Assembly (NCBI GenBank): GCA_050287845.1
Contig: JBNKCR010000071.1
Span: 20,926-84,925, forward strand
Direction of reading: 5' to 3'
From: Polyangia bacterium
Lineage (GTDB): Bacteria > Myxococcota_A > Polyangia > JAAYKL01
Length of the DNA: 64,000 nt
The position numbers were made by a program, and so were the translations under genes. The notes under the pieces are model-generated. The model was not told the DNA's origin. It worked only from the letters and a program-made list of their open reading frames with translations, and made no database searches. Of this stretch, positions 9,425 through 19,799 are shown piece by piece. How positions within the stretch are numbered: the first letter of the stretch is position 1; the number at the start of each line of letters is the position of its first letter.

Positions 9425-10834
9425 ATGACAACACAAAGAGATACCTGGGGGTCCAAATTCGGATTCATCATGGCCGCTGCGGGCAGCGCCGTAGGGCTTG
9501 GAAATTTATGGAAGTTTCCGTATATCACCTGGGAAAACCACGGCGGTGCGTTTGTTCTGGTGTACCTGGTGGCCGTTCTGATCCTGGGACTGCCCATTAT
9601 GATGGCGGAAATTTTTGTCGGCCGGGCCGCCCATCTGTCCGGTGCCCCGGCATATAAGAAGCTGGGCGGCAAGGGCTGGAGCAAACTGGGGTATCTGGGG
9701 GCCGCTTCGGGGGGAATCATCCTTTCGTACTACATGGTGATTGCGGGGTGGTCCCTGTATTCGTTTCAGCAGTGCCTGGGATGGTCATTCAGCGGCTACG
9801 AATCGCCATCGGCCGATGCATTCGGAAAATTTCTTTCGAATGGCCCACTGCAAATTGGCCTGACGCTGCTTTTTTCTGTCGGCAGCGCCGCCATTGTATT
9901 GCGCGGTGTAGGGCGTGGGATTGAAAAAGCCACCAAAATCATGATGCCCGTTCTGATCCTTATTATGCTCTATCTGGTCGGGACGGCCATGTTCATGCCG
10001 GGACGAAATGAAGCCTTTGCCATGATTTTCAAGGCGGATTTCGCCAGATTGCCGGCCCTTGGCTATCTCGAAGCAATGGGACATTCATTTTTTACCCTGT
10101 CGCTCGGACTGGGCGCCATGGTGGCCTACGGATCTTATATGAAAAAAACGGATTCCATTACCCACAGTGCCATCTGGGTGGTGGCCCTGGACACGATTTT
10201 TGCGCTTCTGGCCTGTATTGCCATGTTCACCATCATCATGTCAGTGCCCGAGGTGAAAGCCCAGGTCTCCCAGGGACATGTGGGCACCGTGGGGATGCTG
10301 TTCATTACGCTTCCGCAGCTGTTTTATACCGAAATGCCGGGCGGCGCGGTGCTTGCGCCCCTGTTTTATGTACTGGTGGCATTCGCGGCTCTGTCGTCCA
10401 CCCTGTCGCTGGGGGAGGTGGTTGCATCGATTATGATTGACCGTCGGGGCTGGGGTCGGAAAAAAGCGGTATTGATTACCAGTGGCGTCGTATTTGCCGG
10501 ATCGGTGTTCGCGGCATTGTCTCTCGGCGCGTCGGAAACGTTGAGTTCACCGACTTTCACGGGAGTTCCCATTCTGGGAACCATCTTCGGCACCAAAGTG
10601 GGCATTCTTTCGTTGCTGGACCATCTGGCCGCCAACTGGCTGCTTCCGCTGGGCGGACTGGGAACAACGATATTCGTGGGCTGGTTCCTGAAGAACGATT
10701 TCATCCTGAAAGAACTCAACATTAAAAATTCAAATGTGGTCTTCAATCTCTGGATATGGTGTCTGAGGATAGTAGCGCCTGCAGCAATTATCATTCTGAT
10801 TATTTCCGTATTCAGCGGCAAAGACTTTTCGTGA
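9425..10834 (+). CDS. Sodium-dependent transporter, NSS/SNF family
   Basis: W-x-S...AAAGSAVGLGNLWKFPY, GGAF, FFTLSLG, many TM helices. Confidence 0.93.
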   Translation: MTTQRDTWGSKFGFIMAAAGSAVGLGNLWKFPYITWENHGGAFVLVYLVAVLILGLPIMMAEIFVGRAAHLSGAPAYKKLGGKGWSKLGYLGAASGGIILSYYMVIAGWSLYSFQQCLGWSFSGYESPSADAFGKFLSNGPLQIGLTLLFSVGSAAIVLRGVGRGIEKATKIMMPVLILIMLYLVGTAMFMPGRNEAFAMIFKADFARLPALGYLEAMGHSFFTLSLGLGAMVAYGSYMKKTDSITHSAIWVVALDTIFALLACIAMFTIIMSVPEVKAQVSQGHVGTVGMLFITLPQLFYTEMPGGAVLAPLFYVLVAFAALSSTLSLGEVVASIMIDRRGWGRKKAVLITSGVVFAGSVFAALSLGASETLSSPTFTGVPILGTIFGTKVGILSLLDHLAANWLLPLGGLGTTIFVGWFLKNDFILKELNIKNSNVVFNLWIWCLRIVAPAAIIILIISVFSGKDFS

Positions 10835-10850
10835 TCGGTTTCCATTCACG

Positions 10851-13235
10851 ATGACCGGATTTCTGCCTGTATTTGAAATTCAATCCGCTTTTCTCGAAGC
10901 TGTAAAAAAAGAAAGAGTGGTGGTGACTGCGCCCACTGGCAGCGGGAAATCCACGGAACTGCCCAGGTGGCTGGCCAGAACTGACCGGGTACTGGTCATT
11001 GAGCCGAGACGGGTTGCCTGTCTGGGTCTCTGTGAACGGGTGAGTTACCTTGAGGGAAGCAGGGTGGGAGACAGGGTGGGGTATCATGTTCGGGGGCAGA
11101 GCCGGTTTCATGATGGGACACAAATCCTGTTTGTTACGCCGGGGATTGCCCTGCGCTATTTTTCGTCTTTAAAACTGCAACAGTTTTCGGCTGTGGTCCT
11201 CGACGAATTTCATGAACGGGGTATTGAAACGGATCTGCTGCTGGCGTTGCTCAAAAAAAATTTCGCCGGAAAGCTGGTGGTGACCAGTGCGACCATCAAT
11301 GCGGTACCCATTGCCGAATATCTGGGGGCCCGTGTGCTGAAGGCCAAAGGTACGCTATACGATGTGGCGGTGAAGTATGTGGGGCCAACGGATGCGCTGC
11401 CTTCTGCGGAACGGCTGGAAGACCGGGTGAACCATGCGGTGGAGTTGGCGATGGCATACAGCGGGGACATTCTGGTATTTCTGCCGGGCAAGTCAGAGAT
11501 TCGTCGTGTGGCCCAGCGTCTTGCGGCCCATCCGCAACTGGATGTCATGGTGATGCACGGGGATTTGGGGCTTGGCGAGCAGGAAAAAGTATTTGGCGTA
11601 TCTCAGAAGCGCAAAGTGGTTCTGTCGACCAATGTGTGCGAAACCTCCATCACCGTACCGGGGATCGGCGTGGTGATTGACAGTGGTCTGGTGCGGCGAA
11701 CGAGATTTGTGGATGACCGGGGGTTTTTAACGCTTATGCCCATTGCCGGGGACAGTGCGGATCAGCGGAAAGGTCGGGCCGGGCGGACGGCGGCGGGTGT
11801 GTGTTTTCGACTCTGGAGCGAACGGGCGGTGCTCGAAAGATACACGCCCGCGGAGATCTACAGAGAATCCCTGACCCAGATGGTTCTGGCCACTGCTTCC
11901 TGTGGGGAGCGAATGGATACCATTGATTTTTATGAGACGCCAAGGGAGTATGCGGTGGCGGCGGCGGAGTCGTCGCTGATGCGGCTGGGGGCGCTGGATA
12001 CGGACCGACGCATTACCGCACGGGGCGAAGCGCTGTTCGGGTTGCCGATTTCGGCAGACAGGGCGGCGCTGCTGGTGGACGCGGAGCAGGCCGGGATGCT
12101 CAGGGAAGCCATTGATGTCGTCAGCGTGGCCGAAACACCCGGGGAATTGTTTTTTTCCGGCAAACGACCCGATAATCCGGAAGATGATTTCAGGCTGCAG
12201 GGGTGTGATGTGAAAGCGACGTTGCTGGCCATGCAGTGTCATCCCCGGGATGCGGCCAGGTATGAAATTCATCCGGGTGCGCTGAGCGAGGCGCAAAAAC
12301 TTCGAAATGAGCTCCGCGCGGCCTTCTGCATCGACCCAAAGGCCCCTGTCGACGTTGGTCATGCGTCAGAATTGGCCCGACTCTTTGTCCGCACTGATCC
12401 CCGGTGTGCCTACGTGGCCCGGCGAAAACGGGGGCGGTTGTTTTTTGCCAACGGGGATGGAAAGGAAATCACCCTTTCATCGTCCAGTGCCATTCTCGAA
12501 GAAAAGGTGGAGACCATTGTGGTGTTTGCCACCGTGGCCACCGGACTGGGATATCGCGAAAAAGATGCGCGAATTCTGGTGACCATGGCGTCGCCGTTAA
12601 AACGGGCGGAGCTGGCCGCTCTGGGGGTTGGCCGGATGATGGTGTCTGCGCCGCAACTGGTAAAGGGAAAAGTGATTGCGAAAGTGGAACAGGTGCATGC
12701 GGGATGCATTCTGAGCACGGATGAAAATATCCCCACCGGGGAAGGTGCGGTCACGGCAATTGCCGAGTTGTTTCTGCGCGGCAGCGTATTTGCCGCCCAA
12801 TTGCGGCGAACTACCCAACGACTGGCGGAAGCGGCGTTGCTGGGGCAGGTGCTGGAAGCGGGACTGGGAGACGAAATGCTCGATATGGGTTCCTACACGA
12901 CACCTGTTCCTTCTGCGGAGATGTGGCTCAGAAATCAGTTGGTGTCCCTGGGGATTGAGAGCGGCGCTGACTTCGAGCTGCTCGATGAATCTGATTTTCT
13001 GGCGCCGGCGCTTCCGGAGTGGAGTCAGCAATGGATCCAGGCAAGGTTTCCTCTTTCGCTGAACGTGGGGGATGCCCAATACAATGTGGAGTACGATTTC
13101 AGAGCCCGTCAGGTGACTTTGCTCAAGTACGCGGGCACGCGCAAGGGACCACCGTCCATTCATACCGTCCCATCATTCGGTGGGTTTAAAATCAAGGTAA
13201 AACATCACACGCAGACCTGGATGATCAGGGGATAA
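10851..13235 (+). CDS. hrpB: HrpB-like DEAH-box ATP-dependent RNA helicase
   Basis: APTGSGKS, EPRRVA, DEFHER, SAT, LVFLPG, STNVCETSITVPG, QRKGRAGR. Confidence 0.85.
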   Translation: MTGFLPVFEIQSAFLEAVKKERVVVTAPTGSGKSTELPRWLARTDRVLVIEPRRVACLGLCERVSYLEGSRVGDRVGYHVRGQSRFHDGTQILFVTPGIALRYFSSLKLQQFSAVVLDEFHERGIETDLLLALLKKNFAGKLVVTSATINAVPIAEYLGARVLKAKGTLYDVAVKYVGPTDALPSAERLEDRVNHAVELAMAYSGDILVFLPGKSEIRRVAQRLAAHPQLDVMVMHGDLGLGEQEKVFGVSQKRKVVLSTNVCETSITVPGIGVVIDSGLVRRTRFVDDRGFLTLMPIAGDSADQRKGRAGRTAAGVCFRLWSERAVLERYTPAEIYRESLTQMVLATASCGERMDTIDFYETPREYAVAAAESSLMRLGALDTDRRITARGEALFGLPISADRAALLVDAEQAGMLREAIDVVSVAETPGELFFSGKRPDNPEDDFRLQGCDVKATLLAMQCHPRDAARYEIHPGALSEAQKLRNELRAAFCIDPKAPVDVGHASELARLFVRTDPRCAYVARRKRGRLFFANGDGKEITLSSSSAILEEKVETIVVFATVATGLGYREKDARILVTMASPLKRAELAALGVGRMMVSAPQLVKGKVIAKVEQVHAGCILSTDENIPTGEGAVTAIAELFLRGSVFAAQLRRTTQRLAEAALLGQVLEAGLGDEMLDMGSYTTPVPSAEMWLRNQLVSLGIESGADFELLDESDFLAPALPEWSQQWIQARFPLSLNVGDAQYNVEYDFRARQVTLLKYAGTRKGPPSIHTVPSFGGFKIKVKHHTQTWMIRG

Positions 13236-13286
13236 AAAAAAAACGCCAATTCGGGGTCGATTCAGTGATTTTGCAGGGGGCGAACA

Positions 13287-14891
13287 TCATCCCGGGGTTT
13301 CAGGAGAAGCGGTTGGTGACGATTCCTGGTCCCGTGTCTGCCATCGGTCCATTTTCCGTTTGAGCAGTGCGAGGGAGTCATTGATTTCCTTTGTGGCGGA
13401 AACAATGCTGGTGCTGATGTTCTGATTTGAAAAAGCAGAAGTGTGAATCTCTACAATCGCGGACGCAATCTGTGAAAGCCCGGTATGCTGCTGCCGGATA
13501 TTGGTGGCGATGAGCTTTGCAAAGTTGGAGTTTTCCCGGATGGCTTCAATCAGGTCATGCATGATGGTGCCGGCATTGGCAATACTGAGTACTCCCTGGG
13601 CGCTTCGGTCCTTGCCTCGCTGGGCCAATCCCTCCATCGCCTCGATGGCTGACCGAATGGATGCGATGGTGCCGGTAATCCGTAGCGTGGCATTTTTTGA
13701 TTGGGTTCCCAGTTCTTTCACTTCCTGCGCCACCACAGCAAAGCCGGCTCCGAATTCCCCGGCACTCGCGGCTTCGATGGATGCGTTTACCGCCAGAATC
13801 TGTGATTGCTCTGCAATGGCGTTTACGGACTGAATAATTTCCCCGACCTCCTGAAGATAGGCGAGCAATATTTTACTTTTTTCAACCAGCTCCCGCGATT
13901 CCGCCTGAATGTCCTTCATGATGTCGCTGGTATGGTCGATGATTTGTCTGCCCTGGACCGATACTGCAGCCGTCTTTTCTGCGGCAGCGACAATATTCTT
14001 TGCATTGGTCGCAGTATCCTGCTCTGTTTTTGCCAGAACCTCCACTGTTGTGGCGGTGCCGGTCACAGCGGCTGCCTGTTCTGCAGCTGATGTAGCCAGA
14101 TCGGTCATGTTCTGTTCGGTCATGGCTGACATGGAAGAAATTTTCAGCGTCAGTTCCTTGATGGCAATCACCTGGGATTGCAGTTCCGCAGCCATCTGTT
14201 CAATGGCCGCCGCCAGTCGTTTCATCTCCGGCGTATCACTCTTCGCCACTCCCAGTTGGGTCAGGTCGCCACTGGCAAATCGCTCCGCGGCCTGCACCAG
14301 TGCATTGATGGGGCGAGTCATGCGATCCCCCACGACAAATGCCAATCCGGTTGCCAGCACAATACCGATTATCATTGCAATGATGAACAGCAAAATGCTG
14401 CGATCCTTCTGGTAGGAATACGCGTTCCGATCCACCACAATCGCCACTTCTCCGATGGGGGTGGCCCCATTTCGACGAATCGGCATTCTGACGGCAATCA
14501 GCGCATCGTCCAGGGGGGTCGGGGAATAATGTTTCAGCTCGGAAATCTGTTCGATGAAAGGGGTGATATGGCGGTCGATGTCTAAGGTGACATACGTTTG
14601 CATCTGGTTGTCCAATACAAGAATTCCGGCGATACTTTTATTTTTTTTCACATAACTTCGCAATCGATTCGAAATGCTGTCCTTTTTAGCATGCTGCAAC
14701 AGGGGAGCAATTTCGGCGGCAACTATTCTGGCATGCGCACTGGTTTCGCGAATGACAAACTGATCCAGTTCCTTCCTGAAATCGGAGATGCTGGAGAAAA
14801 ATAGAGTGAATATCGTTGACGCCAGTATCACGCCCAGTCCGAGCATTCCCAGCATCAGTTTCCATCTGAGAGGCAATTGATATTTGGTCAT
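13287..14891 (-). CDS. Methyl-accepting chemotaxis protein
   Basis: Two TM helices flanking a periplasmic domain, HAMP, signalling motif IAEQSQILAVNASIEAASAGEFGAGFAVVAQEVKEL. Confidence 0.92.
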   Translation of the reverse strand: MTKYQLPLRWKLMLGMLGLGVILASTIFTLFFSSISDFRKELDQFVIRETSAHARIVAAEIAPLLQHAKKDSISNRLRSYVKKNKSIAGILVLDNQMQTYVTLDIDRHITPFIEQISELKHYSPTPLDDALIAVRMPIRRNGATPIGEVAIVVDRNAYSYQKDRSILLFIIAMIIGIVLATGLAFVVGDRMTRPINALVQAAERFASGDLTQLGVAKSDTPEMKRLAAAIEQMAAELQSQVIAIKELTLKISSMSAMTEQNMTDLATSAAEQAAAVTGTATTVEVLAKTEQDTATNAKNIVAAAEKTAAVSVQGRQIIDHTSDIMKDIQAESRELVEKSKILLAYLQEVGEIIQSVNAIAEQSQILAVNASIEAASAGEFGAGFAVVAQEVKELGTQSKNATLRITGTIASIRSAIEAMEGLAQRGKDRSAQGVLSIANAGTIMHDLIEAIRENSNFAKLIATNIRQQHTGLSQIASAIVEIHTSAFSNQNISTSIVSATKEINDSLALLKRKMDRWQTRDQESSPTASPETPG

Positions 14892-15200
14892 TGGTTGTGT
14901 CTACCTCATACGAACAAACGGGAAAAGTTAATTTCACAATGCATACAAACGAATCGTTATGAAAAATAAAAGTATGTATCTTTTTTAGGGGACGGGCTAT
15001 CGAATAGTGTACGGGTTATCGAACTGAATGGTTTTATCCACAATTTTTGCGGGAACGACGAAACGAAACCATGGTATGGACCCGTTGTGCGACTGGATTG
15101 CACAGGAATCGATGACGTGGTTCACTGTCGTGAAAAGAGATGGTACGCGCGCAGATGGCACACGGATAAAGCACTGACAGCGTTGCGTCAGTGACGGCGA

Positions 15201-15956
15201 TTATTCGCTATCTGACTCCCCGTCTGTCGATTCGATGATCGGCTCACCGGTGAACACAAGAATACGCAGACAGCTCTGGCAGGTGATGACCGACTCCCCC
15301 CGTTGCAATTCAATGAATCTCTGGGGCAGTATGCCAAAGTTGCATCCCGCACAGATGGGCTCGGTAATCGACACGATTGCCTGTCCCAGCTTTTTCTGAA
15401 TTCGTTCGTAAAATCGCAGGCTCTTCGGGGTAATCTGAGAGGTCAGTGCCTTGCGCCCCCCGTCTGTCTCAGAGAGAATGGACTGAATTTCCGCCATTCG
15501 TGCCTTGCCGTCGGATTCGGTTGCCAGCAAATGTTCCTCGAGCTCGGCAAACTCTTTCCTGTGTTCGTCGATGGCAATCCGATACTGCTCAATGGCTTCC
15601 ATCAATTCCATCAGATCTTTTTCCTGATCACTGATGTTTTTCTTGATGGTATCGATTTCTCTCTGGGCGGCTTTGCTTTCTTTTTCATTCCGGGCGGCCT
15701 GCAGTTTGCTCTTGCTTTTCGCGAGTAAATCGTTTTGGAGAGCGATTTCTTTTTCTTTGTCGGTTTTCCAGCCTTCAGCATCTTCAAGACGATTCTGTTC
15801 CTTTTGCAGGATAACGCGGATGTTTTCCACATTTTGTCGGACGTCTTCAATCTGGGCGGGAATATCGTCGAGTTCTCTACGAATATCGATGGTTTTCAGG
15901 TCCAGTTCCTGGAGCTTCAGCAGGTTTGCCAGGTCTTGTTGCACAGTCAATTGCAA
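15201..15956 (-). CDS. Coiled-coil protein with C4-type zinc ribbon (DUF164/CT398-like)
   Basis: LLKLQELD N-terminus, long coiled coil, CAGC...CQSCLRIL. Start codon uncertain (TTG). Confidence 0.85.
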   Translation of the reverse strand: MQLTVQQDLANLLKLQELDLKTIDIRRELDDIPAQIEDVRQNVENIRVILQKEQNRLEDAEGWKTDKEKEIALQNDLLAKSKSKLQAARNEKESKAAQREIDTIKKNISDQEKDLMELMEAIEQYRIAIDEHRKEFAELEEHLLATESDGKARMAEIQSILSETDGGRKALTSQITPKSLRFYERIQKKLGQAIVSITEPICAGCNFGILPQRFIELQRGESVITCQSCLRILVFTGEPIIESTDGESDSE

Positions 15957-16019
15957 ATCCTTTTCACTCGTATTTTCAAAATACCCATTTCATTGAAACG
16001 GGGTGCTGATTCACGGGTA

Positions 16020-16055
16020 CCGTATGCACCGGATAGGTAATATCGATGCATACGG
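16020..16055 (-). terminator. Stem-loop immediately downstream of the tRNA
   Basis: Perfect 9-bp inverted repeat CCGTATGCA/TGCATACGG. No clear U-tract, so it may be a processing or stability hairpin instead. Confidence 0.35.
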
Positions 16056-16062
16056 CGATTAG

Positions 16063-16137
16063 TGGGCTCGTCCGGAATCGAACCGGAAACCGCCCGGTTA
16101 TGAGCCGGGAGCTCTAACCTAGTTGAGCTACAAGCCC
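16063..16137 (-). tRNA. tRNA with CAT anticodon, most likely tRNA-Ile2 (lysidine)
   Basis: Reverse complement GGGCTTGTAGCTCAACTAGGTTAGAGCTCCCGGCTCATAACCGGGCGGTTTCCGGTTCGATTCCGGACGAGCCCA folds as a cloverleaf with GTTCGA T-loop and CTCATAA anticodon loop. It lacks the initiator C1:A72 mismatch. CCA is not encoded. Confidence 0.92.
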
Positions 16138-16292
16138 GCTTCAGCGATGCGCATTATAATACGTGTCTTTTTCGATGCAAGAGTTTAAATCATTTGATAT
16201 GAAATTATCCGCCGGGCCTTGGATGGCGGGCCGTTTTTCGCTTTGTCCGGCAGATAATGGCTGGATATAACGATACACAGGGAGTGTTTGAT

Positions 16293-17321
16293 ATGAAGAT
16301 AGGTATTGTTGGTTTTGCAGGCTCGGGAAAGACAACGCTGTTCAATGCGCTGACTGGACAGGATGTTCCCGTCGGCTTCGGCAATAAGGTGAATCTGGGG
16401 ACTATCAAGGTGCCGGATGCCCGGGTGGATCGGCTGGCAGAAATTCACCAACCGAGAAAAGTGACCTACACCGAAATTATGTTTGCCGATGTTCCTGGCG
16501 GGAAGGGCAGTACCAGTCTGGATACGCAGACCCTGGGCAAGATACGGGAAATGGATGCTTTGGCTCAGGTGGTGCGTGGATTTGATGAAGGCGCCGGGAC
16601 GCCGGACCCGGTCAACGAAATTATCGGCTTCGAATCCGAGCTCATTCTTTCGGACATGTCCGTGGTGGAAAAGCGCCTCGAAAAATTGCGCAAGGATCGA
16701 TCGGATCCCAAGCTGCTTGAACTCCTCGAACAATGCAGTGCGTGTCTGGAAGAGGAAAAACCACTGCGTACCCTGACATTTTCCGCCCCCGAGCAGAAAA
16801 TGCTCTCCGGGTTCACATTTCTTTCCGCCAAACCCATCATGTTTGTACTCAGTTTGCCGGAAGGCGCCGATGCGACCCGCTTACCGGAGGACGTTGCCCG
16901 GCTCAGCGAAGAAAAAGGGTTGACCATCGTGCCCATCTGCACCGCTATCGAGGCGGAAATCGCTTCGCTCGATAAAGACGATCAACTCGAATTCCTGAAG
17001 GATTTGGGACTGACAGAGCCGGCTTCGGCGCGTTTTATCAAGTCGGCATATCGGTTGCTCAACCTCATTACCTTCTTAACCCAGGGACCTGACGAGTGCC
17101 GCGCCTGGTCCATCCGCGACGGATACAACGCCCAGGAGGCAGCCGGCGCCATTCACAGCGATTTGGCACGGGGATTTATCCGGGCCGAGGTGATTTCATT
17201 TGATGATTTCGTAAAAACCGGTAGCGAAGCCGCGTGTCGCGAAAACGGAACGCTCCGGGTGGAAGGCAAGGAATACATCGTAAAGGACGGCGACATCATG
17301 CATGTTCGCTTCAATGTGTGA
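16293..17321 (+). CDS. ychF: YchF-family ATPase/GTPase (DUF933/TGS C-terminus)
   Basis: GIVGFAGSGKTTLFNALT, VPDARVD, AAGAIHSDLARGFIRAEV, EGKEYIVKDGD. Confidence 0.9.
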   Translation: MKIGIVGFAGSGKTTLFNALTGQDVPVGFGNKVNLGTIKVPDARVDRLAEIHQPRKVTYTEIMFADVPGGKGSTSLDTQTLGKIREMDALAQVVRGFDEGAGTPDPVNEIIGFESELILSDMSVVEKRLEKLRKDRSDPKLLELLEQCSACLEEEKPLRTLTFSAPEQKMLSGFTFLSAKPIMFVLSLPEGADATRLPEDVARLSEEKGLTIVPICTAIEAEIASLDKDDQLEFLKDLGLTEPASARFIKSAYRLLNLITFLTQGPDECRAWSIRDGYNAQEAAGAIHSDLARGFIRAEVISFDDFVKTGSEAACRENGTLRVEGKEYIVKDGDIMHVRFNV

Positions 17322-17394
17322 GTTTTGTGTGGTTGATGAAAAGTCCCCGGCAGATGTTGATGGCGCCGGCAGGCCCGGGACGCTGTGATTCCGG

Positions 17395-18570
17395 TTACAT
17401 TCCAGATGCGACAATCGGATGTTCGGCAGCGGTCTGCCAGGGAACGTCTGGCCACCACCGTTTGAGCGGCGGAGGCGCTGATGGGATGATGGACTGGCCG
17501 GGCATGGGCACCACAATCGGTGCGGCGCGTTCAATGGCGGCGGCAATCAGACGCTCTGCCGGTTCCACCCAACTGTGGAGCGCGAGATCAAATGTACCCC
17601 AGTGCACGGGAATCAACAACCCGCCCTGGGCATTCCGAACCGCGGCAACCGCCTGTTCCGGACCGAGATGCAAATCCGCCCAGAATCGGTGGTAGGCCCC
17701 GATTTCCACAAGGGTGGCGTCGAATGGTCCAAGCCGGTTGCCAATTTCTTTGAATTCCGGACACATGCCGGTATCGCCCGTGTAATACACGCTGTGTTGA
17801 GGGCCGGCGAATGCGAAGCCTGCCCATAGGGTTCGGTTCCGGTCCCCAAAGCCGCGCCCCGAAAAATGTCTTGCGGGGGTTGCAGTGATGTGGATGCCTC
17901 TGATATCGGTATGTTCCCACCAGTTGAGCGCGGTAACCTGCGACGGGTCAATGCCAAAACTTTCAAGCCTTGCGTCCACACCCAGGGGGACAATCAATGG
18001 CACGCCGGTCCGGGCCAGATGCTGCACCGTGGGTTTATCCAGATGATCGTAGTGGTCGTGGGAAATCACCACGGCGTCCAGCTCCGGCAAGTCCGGGAGG
18101 GCCAGGGGAATGTCAGAGAATCGCTTCGGTCCCATCCACGAAAAAGGTGAGCTGCGTTTTGACCATACCGGATCGGTCAGGATTCGCACCCCATCCAACT
18201 CGATAAGTATTGTGGAATGCCCAAGCCACGTGATGCGAAGTCCGGATTCCGGCAAAGCGTTCAATTCAGTGGCCACCAATTGGTGAACCGGAATGGGCCC
18301 ATCCGGGGTGGTGTGCTTCGCCCCCTTTATCCATTCCCACAGTGTCCTGAAGAATGCGGGTTCTTCGGCCGGGATGGTGTTGATGAATTTCCCATTTTTA
18401 AAATTGGACATTGTGCTGTAGCTGTCCGTTTTTTTGGCCGTCGGTGTTTTTCCGATGGCGGTGCATGCTGAAGTCATCGCCAAACCTCCACAAAGTAATA
18501 TGGTCACGATTGCCAGTAATGCGACCAGTTGCCATCTCCCTTTCGGAAGCGGCAAATGTACAGAATTCAT
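17395..18570 (-). CDS. Exported MBL-fold metallo-hydrolase (RomA/NAPE-PLD-like)
   Basis: TWLGHST, LTDPVWS, SHDHYDHLD, PARHFSGR, GDTG, IGAY, PVHWGTF. N-terminal signal or lipobox. Confidence 0.9.
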   Translation of the reverse strand: MNSVHLPLPKGRWQLVALLAIVTILLCGGLAMTSACTAIGKTPTAKKTDSYSTMSNFKNGKFINTIPAEEPAFFRTLWEWIKGAKHTTPDGPIPVHQLVATELNALPESGLRITWLGHSTILIELDGVRILTDPVWSKRSSPFSWMGPKRFSDIPLALPDLPELDAVVISHDHYDHLDKPTVQHLARTGVPLIVPLGVDARLESFGIDPSQVTALNWWEHTDIRGIHITATPARHFSGRGFGDRNRTLWAGFAFAGPQHSVYYTGDTGMCPEFKEIGNRLGPFDATLVEIGAYHRFWADLHLGPEQAVAAVRNAQGGLLIPVHWGTFDLALHSWVEPAERLIAAAIERAAPIVVPMPGQSIIPSAPPPLKRWWPDVPWQTAAEHPIVASGM

Positions 18571-19670
18571 TATCCGCTCCCGGTGGCGGCCACATCAGCG
18601 CCGTTCAGGGAAATTTCGGACAGCCGGTAGTGGGATGAACCCAGACCGATTTTTTCCGCGAGGGCAAAGGTTTTGTATCCCCGAAATTTTTTGCCCCGTG
18701 CCTTCACCATGTCGTAACAGGCTTTGTCGATGGCCACGGGATCGGTGGACGCGAAAATGCCGATGTCGGGCATCAGCGGCTTCATTTTTCGGGCTTCGCA
18801 ATCGCATCCGGCGGTGATGTTCATGGCAAAATTGAGATACACATTGTTTCTGCCCTTGCCCGCGGCAAAGGCGCCTTCAACCAGCTTTTCAACAAACGGA
18901 TTGCCGATGCCGACAAATCTGGCGACGCTTTTTACCGTGAACAGCGATACCGCCTCCGCCGGGCAGACCGCCACACAGGCCCCGCACCCGACGCATCGGT
19001 CCAGGTCGATTCGTGCTTTGGCTTTCCGGTCTTCTTTGTCCGGGATACAAAGGGCATTCTCGTTGCATCGATCGAGACAACGCCGGCAACGGGTACATTT
19101 GCGGTTGACGATTCGCGGTTTCTCCCCCATGTGCATGGCCAGCTTTCCCCCTTTGGCCGCATAGCCCATTGACAGTTGCTTTATGGCGCCACCAAATCCG
19201 GCCAGCATGTGCCCTTTGAAATGAGAGATGACGATGAGCTGATCATAATCGAGAAATGCCCGGCCCACTTTAAAGGTGCTGAAATGCTTCTGGTTGATTT
19301 CCACTTCGGCATACTCTTCACCGTGTTCGCCGTCGGCAAAAATAATGGGCAGCTGAGTGAATCCGTGTTTTCGCGCCGTCTGTTCATGGAGTTCTTTTTT
19401 ATATCTCTGTCCGCCATACAGAACACAGGTTTCCATGAAGCAGCTTTCGATATTCCGGTCCCAAAGAAAGTCAATTACCCCGAGATAGTTCTCGGGCCGG
19501 ATGAACGTCACATTTTTCTGTTCGCCAAAATGAACCTTGAGGGGCACCGTGGAACGAAGAACGAGATTCTCCCGCTCAACGACGGTTTGCAGCAGTTGCT
19601 TCGACATAGCCTGAACAATGCTCGTATCCGCGGGGGCGGGGATTGGCATGAAATATACATTGGCAGTCAT
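18570..19670 (-). CDS. DUF362 protein with 2x[4Fe-4S] ferredoxin domain
   Basis: KVHFGE, SHFKGHMLAGFGGAIKQL, CTRCRRCLDRC and CVGCGACVAVCP, CDC, STDPVAIDKA. Its stop overlaps the downstream start. Confidence 0.9.
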   Translation of the reverse strand: MTANVYFMPIPAPADTSIVQAMSKQLLQTVVERENLVLRSTVPLKVHFGEQKNVTFIRPENYLGVIDFLWDRNIESCFMETCVLYGGQRYKKELHEQTARKHGFTQLPIIFADGEHGEEYAEVEINQKHFSTFKVGRAFLDYDQLIVISHFKGHMLAGFGGAIKQLSMGYAAKGGKLAMHMGEKPRIVNRKCTRCRRCLDRCNENALCIPDKEDRKAKARIDLDRCVGCGACVAVCPAEAVSLFTVKSVARFVGIGNPFVEKLVEGAFAAGKGRNNVYLNFAMNITAGCDCEARKMKPLMPDIGIFASTDPVAIDKACYDMVKARGKKFRGYKTFALAEKIGLGSSHYRLSEISLNGADVAATGSG

Positions 19671-19701
19671 GTTTTCATCCTTGCGAAATGGGTAAAATGA
19701 A

Positions 19702-19721
19702 ACTACACTACACAGTGTAGT
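19702..19721. promoter_or_regulatory. Putative TetR operator 1
   Basis: Perfect 8-4-8 palindrome ACTACACT-ACAC-AGTGTAGT in the divergent intergenic region. Confidence 0.7.
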
Positions 19722-19749
19722 GTTGATTCCTGATGTGTCAATGGGTTTT

Positions 19750-19767
19750 TACACTGCACAGTGTAGT
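19750..19767. promoter_or_regulatory. Putative TetR operator 2
   Basis: TACACT-GCAC-AGTGTA-GT, a 17/18 match to operator 1. Confidence 0.7.
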
Positions 19768-19799
19768 TTACCTTTTTGCCCTGTATTGTTTTAAAGATA

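Noticed and set aside
15034..15042. Perfect DnaA box TTATCCACA
   Set aside because: A single 9-mer is compatible with chance in 64 kb. No box cluster or dnaA/dnaN is nearby.
16063..16137. tRNA as an integration site for a mobile element
   Set aside because: No integrase and no duplicated tRNA 3' end seen. The flanking genes are housekeeping.
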